This document shows, one piece after another, positions 41,301-53,190 of a stretch of 64,000 nt of DNA (positions within the stretch are counted from its first letter, which is position 1; each line of letters starts with the position of its first letter). The notes beneath the pieces were generated by a model, which was not told the origin of the DNA, searched no databases, and saw nothing but the letters and a program-made list of their open reading frames with translations. Source of the stretch: Eledone cirrhosa (lineage: Eukaryota); contig OZ024746.1 in NCBI GenBank assembly GCA_964016885.1, positions 65,472,001 to 65,536,000 of the forward strand, written 5' to 3'. The position numbers and the translations under genes are program-made.

Positions 41301-42645
41301 CAACAGGTGAGATGATAAAGGAAATTGACTCTGAGGAAGGATACAAGTATTTGGGCGTTCTGGAGGCTGATGGCATAAAGAACAAAAAAATGAAGGAATT
41401 GTTAAGAACTGAATACATTCGGAGAGTAAGGAGCGTATTGAAGTCACATCTGAACAGCAGAAATGCCATAAGCGCAGTAAATTCCCGAGCTGTGTCTATT
41501 ATTAGGTACAGTGCGGGAATTCTGAGATGGAATGTTGCTGAACAGAAAGAAATGGATAGGAAGACTAGGAAGCTATTGACTATCTACAACATGTTCCACA
41601 AGAGGAGTGATGTCGATAGACTCTACCTAAGGAGATCTGAGGGTGGAAGAGGTCTTATCAGCATAGAGGACTGTGTTCAGATGGAGAAAAACAACCTATA
41701 CAAATACGTGACCTATAGTAAGGAGCCAATGCTCAGAGCTGTACTGAAGGAGGGGACAGTAGGCCAGGGGATGTCCAGGGAGGAAATAACATCAAGGAGG
41801 AAGAGCAGCCTTAAGGGAAAAACCCTTCATAGTACCTTCTTTGAGAAAACTGAATTTAGAGATCCACAGACATGGAACTGGTTGAGAAGAGGAGACCTCA
41901 AAAAGGCTACAGAAGGAATACTAATGGCTGCGCAGCAGCAGGCCCTCAAAACGAAGTGGTTGAAGCACCATATCTACAAGGAGGAGGCCAGCCCACTGTG
42001 CAGGATCTGTGGAGAGAGAGAGGAGACTGTGGCTCACATTGTGTCCGAGTGTAAACACCTAGCCCAGACCCACTATAAGGGCTGGAGACACGATGTGATG
42101 GGCAGGGTGATCCACTGGCACCTGTGCAAAGTAAACAATCTACCACATTCTGAGAAATGGTATGAGCATAGGCCAGAGGCGGTGATGGAGAACAATCAGG
42201 TGAAGGTGCTGTGGGATTTTAGGATACAGACGGACAAAAAACTGGAACACAATAGACCTGACCTGGTGGTTGTGGACAAAGAAAAAAGATCGTGCCTGAT
42301 TGTGGATGTGGCCTGCCCGTTCGACACGAGAGTGCAAGAGAAGGAGAGGGAGAAAATTAACCGATACCAGGACCTGAAGTGGGAGGTGAAAAGGATTTGG
42401 AACTGCCATGAAGTCAAAGTGATCCCGATTGTCATAGGCGCACTGGGGACTATCTCCAAAAGCTTCCAGGGATGGTTAAAGAAAATTGGCCCCTTCACGC
42501 TTTTTGGAACGCTTCAAAAGGCATGCTTGCTTGGAACAGCAAGAACCCTCCGATACGTCCTGAATATCTGAGGCTGCAGGTAGTGGCTTGATATTCAATC
42601 CAACGGACTTTCCAGTTAACCAACATCAATGACTGAGATTCAAGG
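38399..42645 (+). mobile_element. Apparently full-length R4/Dong-clade non-LTR retrotransposon flanked by (TAA)n
   Basis: (TAA)n at 38340-38398 and 42646-42735; single long ORF; ~75-bp 3' UTR. The 5' boundary is inferred from the upstream TAA tract. Confidence 0.85.
39179..42571 (+). CDS. R4/Dong-type protein: N-terminal domain, reverse transcriptase, CCHC knuckle, restriction-like endonuclease (1130 aa, uninterrupted)
   Basis: WKSPGPDG, NYRPITCL, WIDYRKAFDMVPHSW, GIFQGDSLSPLLF, LFMDDLKL, YKYLG, CRICGEREETVAHIVSEC, RHD, NRPDLVV...IVDVACP...KINRYQDL. Confidence 0.95.
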   Translation: METRTSCDRLSPNRCPLAQQQEPDCQPNTADVGGRRRRKGARTNWTKELNRTVMQCYLKSNPKERGYRRRMHNIWNEIGLFKLDEQKLAGQARVIRTNGWISELELEELSRENGLEMAGVVCQTSEPVGNEGEEVLRTEEPPEADNDLSTEINNTWNRDTATEEMNADGLGQDSVDILNLVVDELNNESGRPMNLRFVDRKKLKETTAKVNKVIPYLEARSLHQCNNILRATANTVRKLLGIKARGNNRQERAEPWWKKRLSGQIGEMRNDIGKLESLLNGTLKKKGTKNRLEIKYKTRSKKLNIIIEELKQRIVAKSAKIRRYENRVSQYKQNRMFDNNQKMLFGQLEGKERGNDLIPGAEQTKIFWRGIWEQDVRHNAQAGWIETVQREIGEQAQQQTDLSITVETLKGQAKKLTNWKSPGPDGVQGYWIKQLTSLHPKLTAMFNDCLVSGEVPEWLTKGTTVLIMKDRIKGNDATNYRPITCLPVMWKLLTSIVSEEIYHHLHTNNLLPDEQKGCRKKSRGTKDQLLIDKMVMGNCRRRHTDLAMGWIDYRKAFDMVPHSWITKSLEIFRVADNIRQLLGRSMGSWETELTSTGVSLGSVKIKRGIFQGDSLSPLLFVLALMPLTIMLRKVRAGYKLGRGELTINHLLFMDDLKLFGKSEKELDVLVDTVRIFSSDICMQFGIGKCGVIVMKRGRLSRSNGIQIPTGEMIKEIDSEEGYKYLGVLEADGIKNKKMKELLRTEYIRRVRSVLKSHLNSRNAISAVNSRAVSIIRYSAGILRWNVAEQKEMDRKTRKLLTIYNMFHKRSDVDRLYLRRSEGGRGLISIEDCVQMEKNNLYKYVTYSKEPMLRAVLKEGTVGQGMSREEITSRRKSSLKGKTLHSTFFEKTEFRDPQTWNWLRRGDLKKATEGILMAAQQQALKTKWLKHHIYKEEASPLCRICGEREETVAHIVSECKHLAQTHYKGWRHDVMGRVIHWHLCKVNNLPHSEKWYEHRPEAVMENNQVKVLWDFRIQTDKKLEHNRPDLVVVDKEKRSCLIVDVACPFDTRVQEKEREKINRYQDLKWEVKRIWNCHEVKVIPIVIGALGTISKSFQGWLKKIGPFTLFGTLQKACLLGTARTLRYVLNI

Positions 42646-42657
42646 AATAACAATAAC

Positions 42658-42715
<58 letters not shown>

Positions 42716-42735
42716 TCAATAATAATAATAATAAT

Positions 42736-43841
42736 CACATGATTGGATGATCAAACTCGTTTTGAAACACGAAAGCACCAAAAGATCATATTCCATTACA
42801 AAAGATGCACAAAGATACAGTAATGGACTACAAATTTCAGAAGTCCCATTTACTGCTGAAATGGAAAACACAGAAAAAGCAAAGCAGGTAAAAGTAACTG
42901 CAAAGAAAGAACTGCTACAGAAACTGGCTAAGAAATGGCAAGAAAAGCCTCTGTATGGAAAATACCCAGAGCGAGCTAACAATCCTGATGTTGACAAAAC
43001 TTTAACCCATCAGTGGTTGGCATCCTCTGGACTGAAATCGGAGATTGAAGGACTGATTATATCGGCACAAGATCAGTGTCTGCCAACAAAAAATTACCGA
43101 GCCAACATAATAAAAAATGGGTGCAGCCCATTATGCCGTGTATGCAAAAAACAACCAGAGACCATTGACCATATAATTTCAATGTGCAGTCCTATAGCTC
43201 CAACCGAATACCTAAACAGGCATGACAGAGCTGCACAATACATACATTGGATAATGTGTAAGCATTTTGACCTGCCCCATCAAAAGAATTGGTGGGAGCA
43301 TCAACCACCTCCCATACTTGAAAAAGATCACATCTCAATCTTGTGGAACTTTAGCATCCAAACAGACCGAACAATAGATGCAAATAGACCTGATATAATA
43401 TTGAAGGACTTTCAAAGGAGGGTATGCCTGCTAATTGATATGTCTGTTCCAATAGACAAGAATGTATCTATAAAAACATTTGAAAAATTGAGCAAGTATA
43501 AGGACCTGGAGATAGAAATTGGAAAAATGTGGAAATTGAGAACTAAAACAATACCAGTGGTTGTAGGCGCTCTGGGAATGATACCTAAGGGGTCTAACGA
43601 CTACTTATCGCAAATCCCAGGAAACCCGCGTATAGGAGAAATACAAAAGATAGTACTAATGGGAACTGCCCATATACTAAGGAAGATCCTGTCAATATAA
43701 GTACATCACAAGTCTAAACACTAAGGATGCATGTGTGAATATGTATGTTCTTTCTTGAACATGGCGGACCTTGTTGTCTCTTGAGGTCACTGGTTGTGAC
43801 TTGGTGATAACTCGTATAAACATAAAGCGAGATAAATGCAA
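42736..43841 (+). mobile_element. 5'-truncated R4/Dong-type element of a second, divergent family (open frame 42747-43700)
   Basis: SAQDQCLPT, CRVCKKQPETIDHIISMC, RHD, NRPDIILKD, LIDMSVP, KLSKYKDL, IPVVVGALG; different 3' UTR; followed by (TAA)n 43841-43900. Confidence 0.92.
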
Positions 43842-43900
43842 ATAATAATAATAATAATAATTATAATAATAATAATAATATTAATAATAATAATAATAAT

Positions 43901-44705
43901 CAGAGATCCACAGACAGAACACTGAATTCAGAGATCCACAGACATGGAACTGGTTGAAAAGAGGAGACCTTAAAAAGGCTACAGAAGGAATGTTAATGGC
44001 TGCGCAGGAGCAGGTCCTCAAAACGAAGTGGTTGAAACCCCATATTTACAAGGAGGAGGCTAGCCCACTGTGCAGGATCTGTGGAGAGAGAGAGGAGACT
44101 GTGGCTCACATTGTATCCGAGTGTAAACACCTAGCCCAGACTCACTATAAGGGCTGGTGACATGATGTGATGGGCAGGGTGATCCACTGGCACCTATGCA
44201 AAGTAAACCATTTACCACATTCTGAGAAATGGTATGAACATAAGCCAGAGTCGGTGATAGAAAACGATCAGGTGAAGGTGCTGTGGGATTTTAGGATACG
44301 GACGGACAAGAAACTGGAACACAATAGACCTTTGTGGACAAAGAAAAAAGATCGTGCCTGATTGTGAATGTGGCCTGACCATTCGACACGAGAGTTGAAG
44401 AGAAGGAGAGGGAGAAAATTAACCGATACCAGGACTTAAAGTGGGAGGTAAAAAGGATTTGGAACTGCCATGAAGTCAAAGTGATCCCGATTGTCATAGG
44501 CGCACACGGTACTATCTCAAAGAGTTTCCAGGGATGGTTAAAGAAAATTGGCCCCACCTCGCTTTTTGGAACGCTTCAAAAGGCATGCTTGCTGGGAACA
44601 GCAAGAACCCTCCGCTACGTCCTGAATATCTGAGGCTGCAGGTAGTGGCTTGCTATTCATTTCAACAAACTTTCCAGTTAACTAACATGAATGACTGAGA
44701 CTCAA
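43901..44705 (+). pseudogene. 5'-truncated, mutated copy of the 38399-42645 Dong family
   Basis: High identity to 41848-42645; stop at 44158-44160, 10-bp deletion in the NRPDL motif; followed by (TAA)n. Confidence 0.93.
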
Positions 44706-44710
44706 ACAAC

Positions 44711-44740
<30 letters not shown>

Positions 44741-44741
<1 letters not shown>

Positions 44742-45088
44742 TGTGGATGTGGCCTGCCCATTCGACACGAGAGTGCAAGAGAAGGAGAGGGAGAAAATTA
44801 ACCGATACCAGGACTTTAAGTGGGAGGTAAAAAGGATTTGGAACTGCCATGAAGTCAAAGTGATCCCGATTGTCATAGGCGCACTAGGGACTATCTCAAA
44901 AAGTTTCCAGGGATGGTTAAAGAAAATTGGTCCCTTCACGCTTTTTGGAACGCTTCAAAAGGTATGCTTATAGGGAACAGCAAGAACCCTCCGATACGTC
45001 CTGAATATCTGAGGCTGCAGGTAGCGGCTTGATATTCATCTCAACAAACTTTCCAGTTAACTAACATCAATGACTGAGACTCAAAGAG
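44741..45088 (+). pseudogene. Short 5'-truncated copy of the same Dong family
   Basis: Matches 42301-42645 with a small deletion and stop near 44971; followed by (TAA)n. Confidence 0.93.
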
Positions 45089-46880
45089 TAATAAGAATAA
45101 TAATAATAATAATAATAATAAGAAGAAGATGTTTACTTAGCATTATAAAAATGTGTCATATATTTGTTGTGTCATAGATGCAAACCTGCTCGTGCATCAA
45201 GCAGATGCTTCAATAGTAATTCTTATGAAAATTTAAACTATATTTTATCGTCTTTCCAATTTCTCCGATTTCTCCATGCCCAAGCAGTCAATTTTTCAAA
45301 GACATTCAGTTTTAGTTGCCATAAGTTTTCTTTTTCTGATCTTCATCGATATATTTATTCATTTGTAAACTCACAGATACTAGAAAATAAAATAGAGCTG
45401 TTCACCTTATCTCTCATGAAGATATTTAGTGTTATATTGGAAAAATGGTAACATATCTACCCAAGGCATGGAATATTGATCGCAAATAATTGTAAGTGTA
45501 TTTAATGAGAAAAAGATGGTGTTGCGTTTGTTACGATATTATGAAAACGTATTTTTATAAGAATACAACATAACCAGTTAATAAACCAAAATCTTTAGTC
45601 CGCTTATAATGTTTGCAAAATTTAATTAATATTAACAGTCCACCAAATTCCAAATATATTTATGCCCTTACATATGTAGAATTTGTGAGTTTAAGACATT
45701 TATTCGAGAGCAATGCTGGAGTTTGCGATACCAAATCAAATCATATAATTTTATTGGATATATAGTTAAACACACGGAATATATTCATGAATATATGATA
45801 TAGTGCAGTTTCAGGTTTATATTGGTGAAAGATTCATGTACATTCCCCCCTTTACCTCTTCAAAATGCTTTGACTCAAAGTAATCTACTAAACGGTTTAT
45901 CACCAGAGTTATAATTAAATTCCATGTTCAAATTTCTATATACGGCATATGATATGAACAAGGCCCAAAATTAAACTTGTAAGATATAACCCCTGCATAG
46001 AGATGATTAAATCAAGAGGAAACATCTGAGAAACAAGGAATATTAATATAGTTTCATATGCATAGATGTATGCAATTTCCTATAAAATGCTATTAACATC
46101 TATTAAGGGATATTAAACATTCTAGTTTAACAAAGAGTTTGATTAAAGATTAAACGCTTCGAAAGAGCTACCTCGTGTATTTCAAAAACACATAATATGA
46201 GGTAAATCGAAATGATAACAAACGTTGTAAATAAATGCATATTTTATCACCTCAAGTATCCTGATAAATGCGATGTAAAATGAAACATTTTGCCTTAAAA
46301 TGTCTTTAAAGTTTATTCGAAAGTTCTAATAAATTTATATCATTACTGTTGGATCTTAAGTTATCTCTAGCTTTAAATTTAATATAATCTTACGCAAACT
46401 AGATTTTCATCAGAATTCTTGACTTTTGATGCTATCCATTCCAAACTGTGACACAATGTTTAGTTTTACTGAAAGTGGTAATTGATTATGGCTGAGTATG
46501 TAATCCACCTGATCACTCATATAATGCTCTGTGCTAGTCAAATATATTGTTTGGAATGAAACTTAACAGAAGACTGAATACGAACAGTACAGAAAGACAA
46601 GTCCAATCAAGCAAATATAATAGAAATATTAGATATATTTATGGGCATGTGCGTTATCTAGAGTCACACTTGGAAATGCTTCTTGTAAGATGCCAAAATT
46701 GTTTATCATATAATAATTGAGATTTCAAATCAGACGATTTCGATAGCTATGATTTATATATTCTGTTATATATGTAAACAAGGATAGACAGATAAATGAA
46801 TTCGGAACAGATGACACGATACATTGTATGGATGAAAAGCAAAACAAGAACAATATATTAGATTACTAAGAGAAATATGA

Positions 46881-46945
<65 letters not shown>

Positions 46946-46981
46946 CAGAAATATTACGCAAATATGACCCTCCCCAAATAT

Positions 46982-47029
<48 letters not shown>

Positions 47030-47042
47030 TTGTATGGATATA

Positions 47043-47119
<77 letters not shown>

Positions 47120-47699
47120 TTATGTATATATTAATATATGATATATATATATATATGATGAGAATAGAATTCGAGGCTACAATTCTCTGACCGTAATGTT
47201 TTAATTAATGTATAAATTTAATTATATTTATAGCAGATGTTTGCTTACTTTTAATTTAAACACACATACAGACAAACGACATTTATTGTTTAAAATATTT
47301 ACTTAATTTTCATCTTTCTTGTGTCAGTACATTTATCTAAGAACATGTATGTGAAGATATGGGTAGCTTTTACTCCTCCCCAAATATATGGTGGCGTGAA
47401 TTCACCATCAATTCATTTACAGCAGTAATTAATGTATTAAGTTTAATTTTGTAATGGGGTTTTGTTGTCTTACTCATTCTTCATAAATTTATAAATGTGT
47501 TGCTATCGCTGAGTAATTGTTGATTTTTCAATGTATTCGTGTTTATCCATAATTATAAATGAATTTCTGTTGTCACATTTACATATTGCAGTGTTACCTT
47601 GATTTTATAGATCAAGCCGATCTTATTTGAATTTCATCCTAAGTATACTTTTATTGCTGTGTGTGTTTCTATGTTTTACATCAGATCAAATCGTGAAGT

Positions 47700-48135
47700 C
47701 TATCTATCTAGGGCGGGTAAAATTCCCGAGATCCATGGACGAGTTCTCTCCAGAGGTGTCTCTCCCTCATCATCGCCGCCATGTTCTGCGTCTCCAACAG
47801 ACCAGTGTCTGTCCTCAGGGCATCAACATATGTCAATCTCGGTCTCCCTCTTCTAGTGTGTCCATGCAGGGGCTCCCACAGGAGCACTGAGTGCAGTGTC
47901 AACTCTGGATGTCGGTGAGCATGTCCGGCTAACCTCAGTATCCTCTGTGTCACTTTCGAGCTGACTCTTTGGAGGCTCCCGTACAGATCTGAGTTCTTCA
48001 TCTTCGGTCTATACTTATTAATGTTCAGAGCCATCCTCAGCATTCTCGTGTAGCGCCCATCCACCATCTGAGTGAGTTTCTTGGTCAGTGCCCAAGTCTC
48101 AGACCCGTACAGCAGCACAGACTCCACTACAGCAA
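47700..48135 (-). mobile_element. 5'-truncated RTE-clade LINE
   Basis: VESVLLYGSETWALT...RLAGH...RRGRPRLTYVD; (TAGA)n tail. Confidence 0.88.
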
Positions 48136-49149
48136 CCATGTTTATCATCTATTTTAATAATGTGTTTTGCTCTCTGCTGGGTTCTAGGAATTGGCAAGGC
48201 AGTTAAAGCTTGATATGTCGGTTTTATATATATCTTGGTTGTAAATAGATATTGGATCCGAAGTTTATTTTGATATGGGCTGAGTACGTGATAAGAGGTT
48301 AAGAAATACATTGTTTGACGTGGGCATAGTGCCTTTTCATTCATAGTGTTGGTTTAGTTTCTTATATTGTTTCTGATTCCTTTTAATTGTTCATACGTGT
48401 GGTTTTAAAAGTTGTAGTTGTAAATGTCTTGACTCTAACTATTAATTTGGGTGTGTAAATACGACAATTTCCCAACAGTTACCATGTGTCACATATCGTA
48501 TAGCAAAACCTGACAGGAATATATTTGTAATCTTATAGTGAATTACCTACAACTAAAAGAGTAATATTTACATCACAATGCGAAGACCATCAGATGCACA
48601 CATACATACACTCCCCCCCCCCTCCACCCCCACATACAGACAACACACACACACATATACATAAATACATAAATGCATACATACGTAGTGCGTACATGCA
48701 CGCATGCATACATACTTACATATATTCATACATACATACAAATATACATACATACATGCACTCATGCATACATACATTCAGACATATAGACGATGATTAA
48801 TCACTATGTCACTATTTTGTTTCTTGTTACATATAATTGTACAGGCTATAAAGCATGGAGTACGTGAAACGAGTTTTAAGTTTAAGACAAATACTAGTAA
48901 AACCTATTCCCGTTGGTTGTCATGGATTTTCCCACAGTGGCCGGAAAAATTAAGTATTTTAGTGTAGATTGACGGTGATGATCTTCAACAATCTGTGTTG
49001 GTTTGCACCATTGTGGGGGATTTGAATAGAATTAATAGAAAAACTATGATAGAGAACAATAATTGGAGATGTTAGCGACCAAATTAATAAAAAAGCAATT
49101 AGGAAAGAGATAGTAATTGATGTTTAATGTGTAAAATGATCCTCTCCTA

Positions 49150-49495
49150 TTTTAGTCAACGGAGAGATTGGAAATATGGGTGCTTTCTCCCAGTAAATTT
49201 ATTGAAAAGTGTAGCTAAATGTGGCGAGCATTACTATCAGCATGCACGTTCAGGCCGGAGAATGAGAGATGGAAGAGGAAATCTGTCCCCAATTGTCAGT
49301 GTAATCATAGATCTGCACGATTCTTTATTGGTCCTCGATGGTTTTTTTTCCCTTTATTGGGCGTTTCCCGTGATATTTTATTCTTATTTGGTATTGTTAC
49401 TCATATTTTATTCATTATGATGTAAGTCCACACAGTCATGAATCCTGTTTGTGCTGTCCAAAAATATTTGGTCCTTTGTAGCCAATAAAGGAACA
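49150..49495 (+). mobile_element. Decayed 3' end of an L1/Tx1-like LINE, followed by (TAG)n
   Basis: VLSPSKFIEK..LNVAS and terminus ggtcctttgtagccaataaag resemble the 5439 element. Confidence 0.5.
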
Positions 49496-49539
49496 ATTAC
49501 AATAGTAGTAGTAGTAGTAGTATAAGTAGTAGCAGCAGC

Positions 49540-49571
<32 letters not shown>

Positions 49572-49649
49572 GAGGAGGAGTAGTAGTAGTAGTAGTAGTT
49601 GTAGTGCGCTGTCTTGAGTCAGCTTAACAGTAGTCAATTCATATTATTA

Positions 49650-49828
49650 TGGCAGTATCGGTAGAAGGTCGGACGCCATGATTTGCAGCATAGAGTTACG
49701 CCAATTTAACGTCTGAGTTCAAATCCCGCCGAGGTTTACTTTGCCTTTCATCCTTACGGGGGTCGATAAAATAAGGCACCAGTGATGCACTGGGATAATT
49801 GCTGGCCTTGTGCCAAAAGTAGAAACTA
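49650..49828 (+). mobile_element. SINE copy
   Basis: SINE consensus. Confidence 0.88.
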
Positions 49829-50280
49829 TTATTATATAATTTACAGACAACATAGATGACCGTGTAATATAGATGAGACGTAAATGTAATTTGAAACCAT
49901 TTCTGTTATTCAATGAACTGTATAGGTTAAATGATATAAAATGAAGGCAATATTTGTGAGTCTTTTATATAGGCTTGTAATTCAAACGTAAGAAAATAAA
50001 TCAAGTATGGTAATCAAGCTACTTCTTCAACAGTCGGGCGGTTAATAAATTTAACCAGATTAGTGAAAGAGTAATTTACCAACACACACGCATTTACATC
50101 AAGGTAACGTAGAACGTAAGTGTAATTGCATGTGAGTAAAATAAAAAGCAATTGATCTTTTGGATAGCTGCCATCCTCAAGGAAGAAGAAGGGAAAAGTG
50201 ATATTAACGGCTAATAGAAGAGTAAATTATTTTAGAAACAAATTAAACAGAGAAAATATTATTATAGGATATTATTTTAA

Positions 50281-50440
50281 TTGGCAGTATCGGTAGAGGG
50301 TTGGACGCCATGCTTTCTAGCAGTCTGAGTTCAAATCCCGCCGAGGTTAACTTTGTCTTTCATCCTTACGGAGTCGATAAAATAAAGTACCAGTAATGTA
50401 CTGGTTAATTGCTGGCCTTGTGCCTCAAGTAGAAACAATT
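50281..50440 (+). mobile_element. SINE copy with internal deletion
   Basis: SINE consensus lacking ~20 bp before the B box. Confidence 0.85.
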
Positions 50441-50499
50441 ATTTTAAAATGGCTAACATATTTTAAATAAATATAATTCCATGTAAATGATTAAAATTG

Positions 50500-50819
50500 A
50501 CGACTAAAGTTATTAAAAGTCACTAAAAACAATACAAAAACTCTACCAAATAACCAAAATTAAGTCAAAATTCAACATAAAAAATGAAATAAAAAATTAA
50601 ACAAATTCAAAATTAATTGCAGCCCCCAAACCAGAAGAAATATAAGATTAGAGGAATTAAAAATATACATATTGTCAGATCGTTATTTTAATCTCGTACC
50701 AATGCAATTTAATTTTTAGTTTGAATCTAACAAAACGCAATGCGTGATTTCAGCTGGCTGATATATCATCAATAGCAGTAGACGGACACAAACACAAAAT
50801 GTGTTTTATACATATAGAT
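50500..50819 (-). mobile_element. Possible Helitron-like 5' fragment
   Basis: Minus strand starts ATCTATATGTATAAAACACATTTTGTGTTTGTGTCCGTC, a typical Helitron 5' terminus; no 3' hairpin or CTAG found. Confidence 0.35.
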
Positions 50820-51209
50820 GAACTGTAATCGAAGTTTAAGGCTCGATATATGTTTGAAGGTCGTACAGAATTGCAGACCCGCCAAACTTTAAAAACCCAG
50901 ACGAGGAGTAGCATGAAAAAAAGTGCCCTAAAACGGCGAGAAATGAGACAAAATGGGGAGTTTTACATAATAAAAGGTATACCCATTTTCACAAGAGAAC
51001 ACATCTTCCACCCATCCCACAGGGGGTGGGAGATCTCCCCGATGGACAGGGAGAGTTGACAGGTCTGGAATTGGTGCAAAATAGTATATTGAGATAATGC
51101 AATCCAATTTTTATATGTTACAGTGTGATATATAAATATAGTCATAGTATCTTGAACAGAAGTAAACACAGAATATACAAAGAAATTACCAGAATTACTG
51201 AAATGCATT

Positions 51210-51590
51210 TTGGCAGTATCGGTAGAGGGTTGGACGCCAGGCTTCCCAGCATAGTTACGTCCCTTTACGATTTGAGTTCAAATCCAGCCGAGGTTGACTT
51301 TGCCTTTCATCCTTACGGGGTCGATAAAATAAAGTACCAGTAATGCACTTGGTAATTGCTGGCCTTGTTCCAAAAGTAGAAACAATTATATTACACCTAT
51401 TGGCGGATTGGCAGTATCGGTCGAGGGTCGGAGGCCATGCTTTGACGCATGGAGTTACGCTCCTTGCCGTTCTGAGTTCAAATCCCGCCGAGGTTAAATT
51501 TGCCTTTCATCCTTGCGGGGTCGATAAAATAAAGTACCAGTAATGCACTGGTGTAATTGCTGGCCTTGTGCCAAAGGTAGACACAATTAT
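51210..51590 (+). mobile_element. Two tandem SINE copies (51210-51388, 51401-51590)
   Basis: SINE consensus twice. Confidence 0.88.
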
Positions 51591-52292
51591 ATTACTCCAA
51601 TTATATGCGACCTCCTATCTTACTAATCATAAACAGATTCTTATTCAGTGGTTTGGGTTATGACATCATACTTCATTTGGTTGATTTTTGTCTTTTGATT
51701 CCATCATCTTTTCCTCTTCTCTTTTGTTAGAAGAACGTTGGTATACTTTCAATAATCCCCATATACTTTCAAACATTGACTTTAAATTCCTGATCACTGT
51801 GTTTGTTTATCTATTCCCTCTATTTCTAATCACAGGACACACTAAAGACTTTTAAAGGCATGCTCTTAGGCACAATCATGTTATTTTAAAATTATAGATA
51901 GCGCTTCTCGAAGAAAACACGATTCGTGCCTCGCTCAGGTAGTCGTAAATATCTTTTAAATAGAAGAGATGTTTTTCATCTAGTTTTATTCTTTCATGTC
52001 GATATCCGAATTTGTCTACCACAAAATGATGATTGCGATATCTAAAATCACAATTTCCTATTTCCTTCTTTTTCCTTTGTATCCTGAGGTTCATTTATTT
52101 GTTGGGTATTATACGTATGTATATATATATATACTCTTACACATACTGATACATCTTTATAATTAGGATAAAGGACACACAATTCCGAGGTTTTAGTTTA
52201 TTTACAGATATTTCGTCTATTTACAGATACTTTTCTGAATATATTCTTAATGAGTGTATCATTAAATAATATACCGGTAAGCGTATAAAATA

Positions 52293-52468
52293 ATTGTTTC
52301 TACTTTTGGCACAAGGCCAGCAATTACCGAGTGGATTACTGGTACTTTATTTTATCGACGCCGGAAGGATGAAAGGCAAAGTCAACCTCGGCTCGATTTG
52401 AACTCAGATCATAAAGGGACGTAACTATGCTGGAAAGCATGGCGTCCGACCCTCTACCGATACTGCCA
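52293..52468 (-). mobile_element. SINE copy
   Basis: Reverse complement of the consensus. Confidence 0.88.
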
Positions 52469-52877
52469 AAATAATAATCTTTAACTAGTATGGAGTGGTG
52501 TACTTATGGATCAAAACCATTTATGGAGATTTTGAAATATATCCCTAACCCTTTTCATAACTCTCCTTATATCCTTGTAATGAATGGTAAGATTCAAATT
52601 ACAGATTTCTGTTATACGATTTTGAACGAGGACATTACTTCTTTAATAATATACCAAATATTTCTTAATTTATTACATATTGTCAATGTTCAAATTGTTT
52701 ACAGAAGCAGAACCCTAGTCTCCGCATACTGTTCAATGTGCATACTCAAACATTTATCTAGTTTTCATTTCATGTACTGAAATTATTATATACAGGTATT
52801 ATATTTTTGAAAAATGCATTTTCGAAATTTTCTGTTTGATATCGATTTGTCTTTTAGTTTTAGGCTGTGTTTGATTC

Positions 52878-53190
52878 AGTGTGCGTAATATCTTTTCGAA
52901 AACATTTAAGAAAAGATATTACGCACACTCCAGTAGCTTTAACAATACTAAACTAGCTAACACCGCATCTTAATTTGAAGCAGTAAATAACTATAAAAGG
53001 AAAAAAAATTATTTCAAGATATCGTGGGATACCATTCTGCAAATAACTCCATATCTTGGGAACAGGAGAGAATGCAGATTATGTTCCGGGAAGATCTTGG
53101 AAATTACTAAATCTAAGGATGATTTATTGAATAAAAGACAGGAACTGATTATAGCTTGTAATCATCGTATACGAAAAACATTTAAGTACT
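52878..53190 (+). mobile_element. PLE GIY-YIG endonuclease C-terminal remnant with a 20-bp 5' inversion
   Basis: FKKRYYAHSSSFNN...KISWDTILQITPYLGNRRECRLC...LLNKRQELIIACNH; arms 52878-52897 / 52910-52929. Confidence 0.7.

Noticed and set aside
38340-45125. Repeat-spacer pattern reminiscent of a CRISPR array
   Set aside because: The repeats are (TAA)n microsatellites and the spacers are LINE copies; eukaryotic context with no cas genes.
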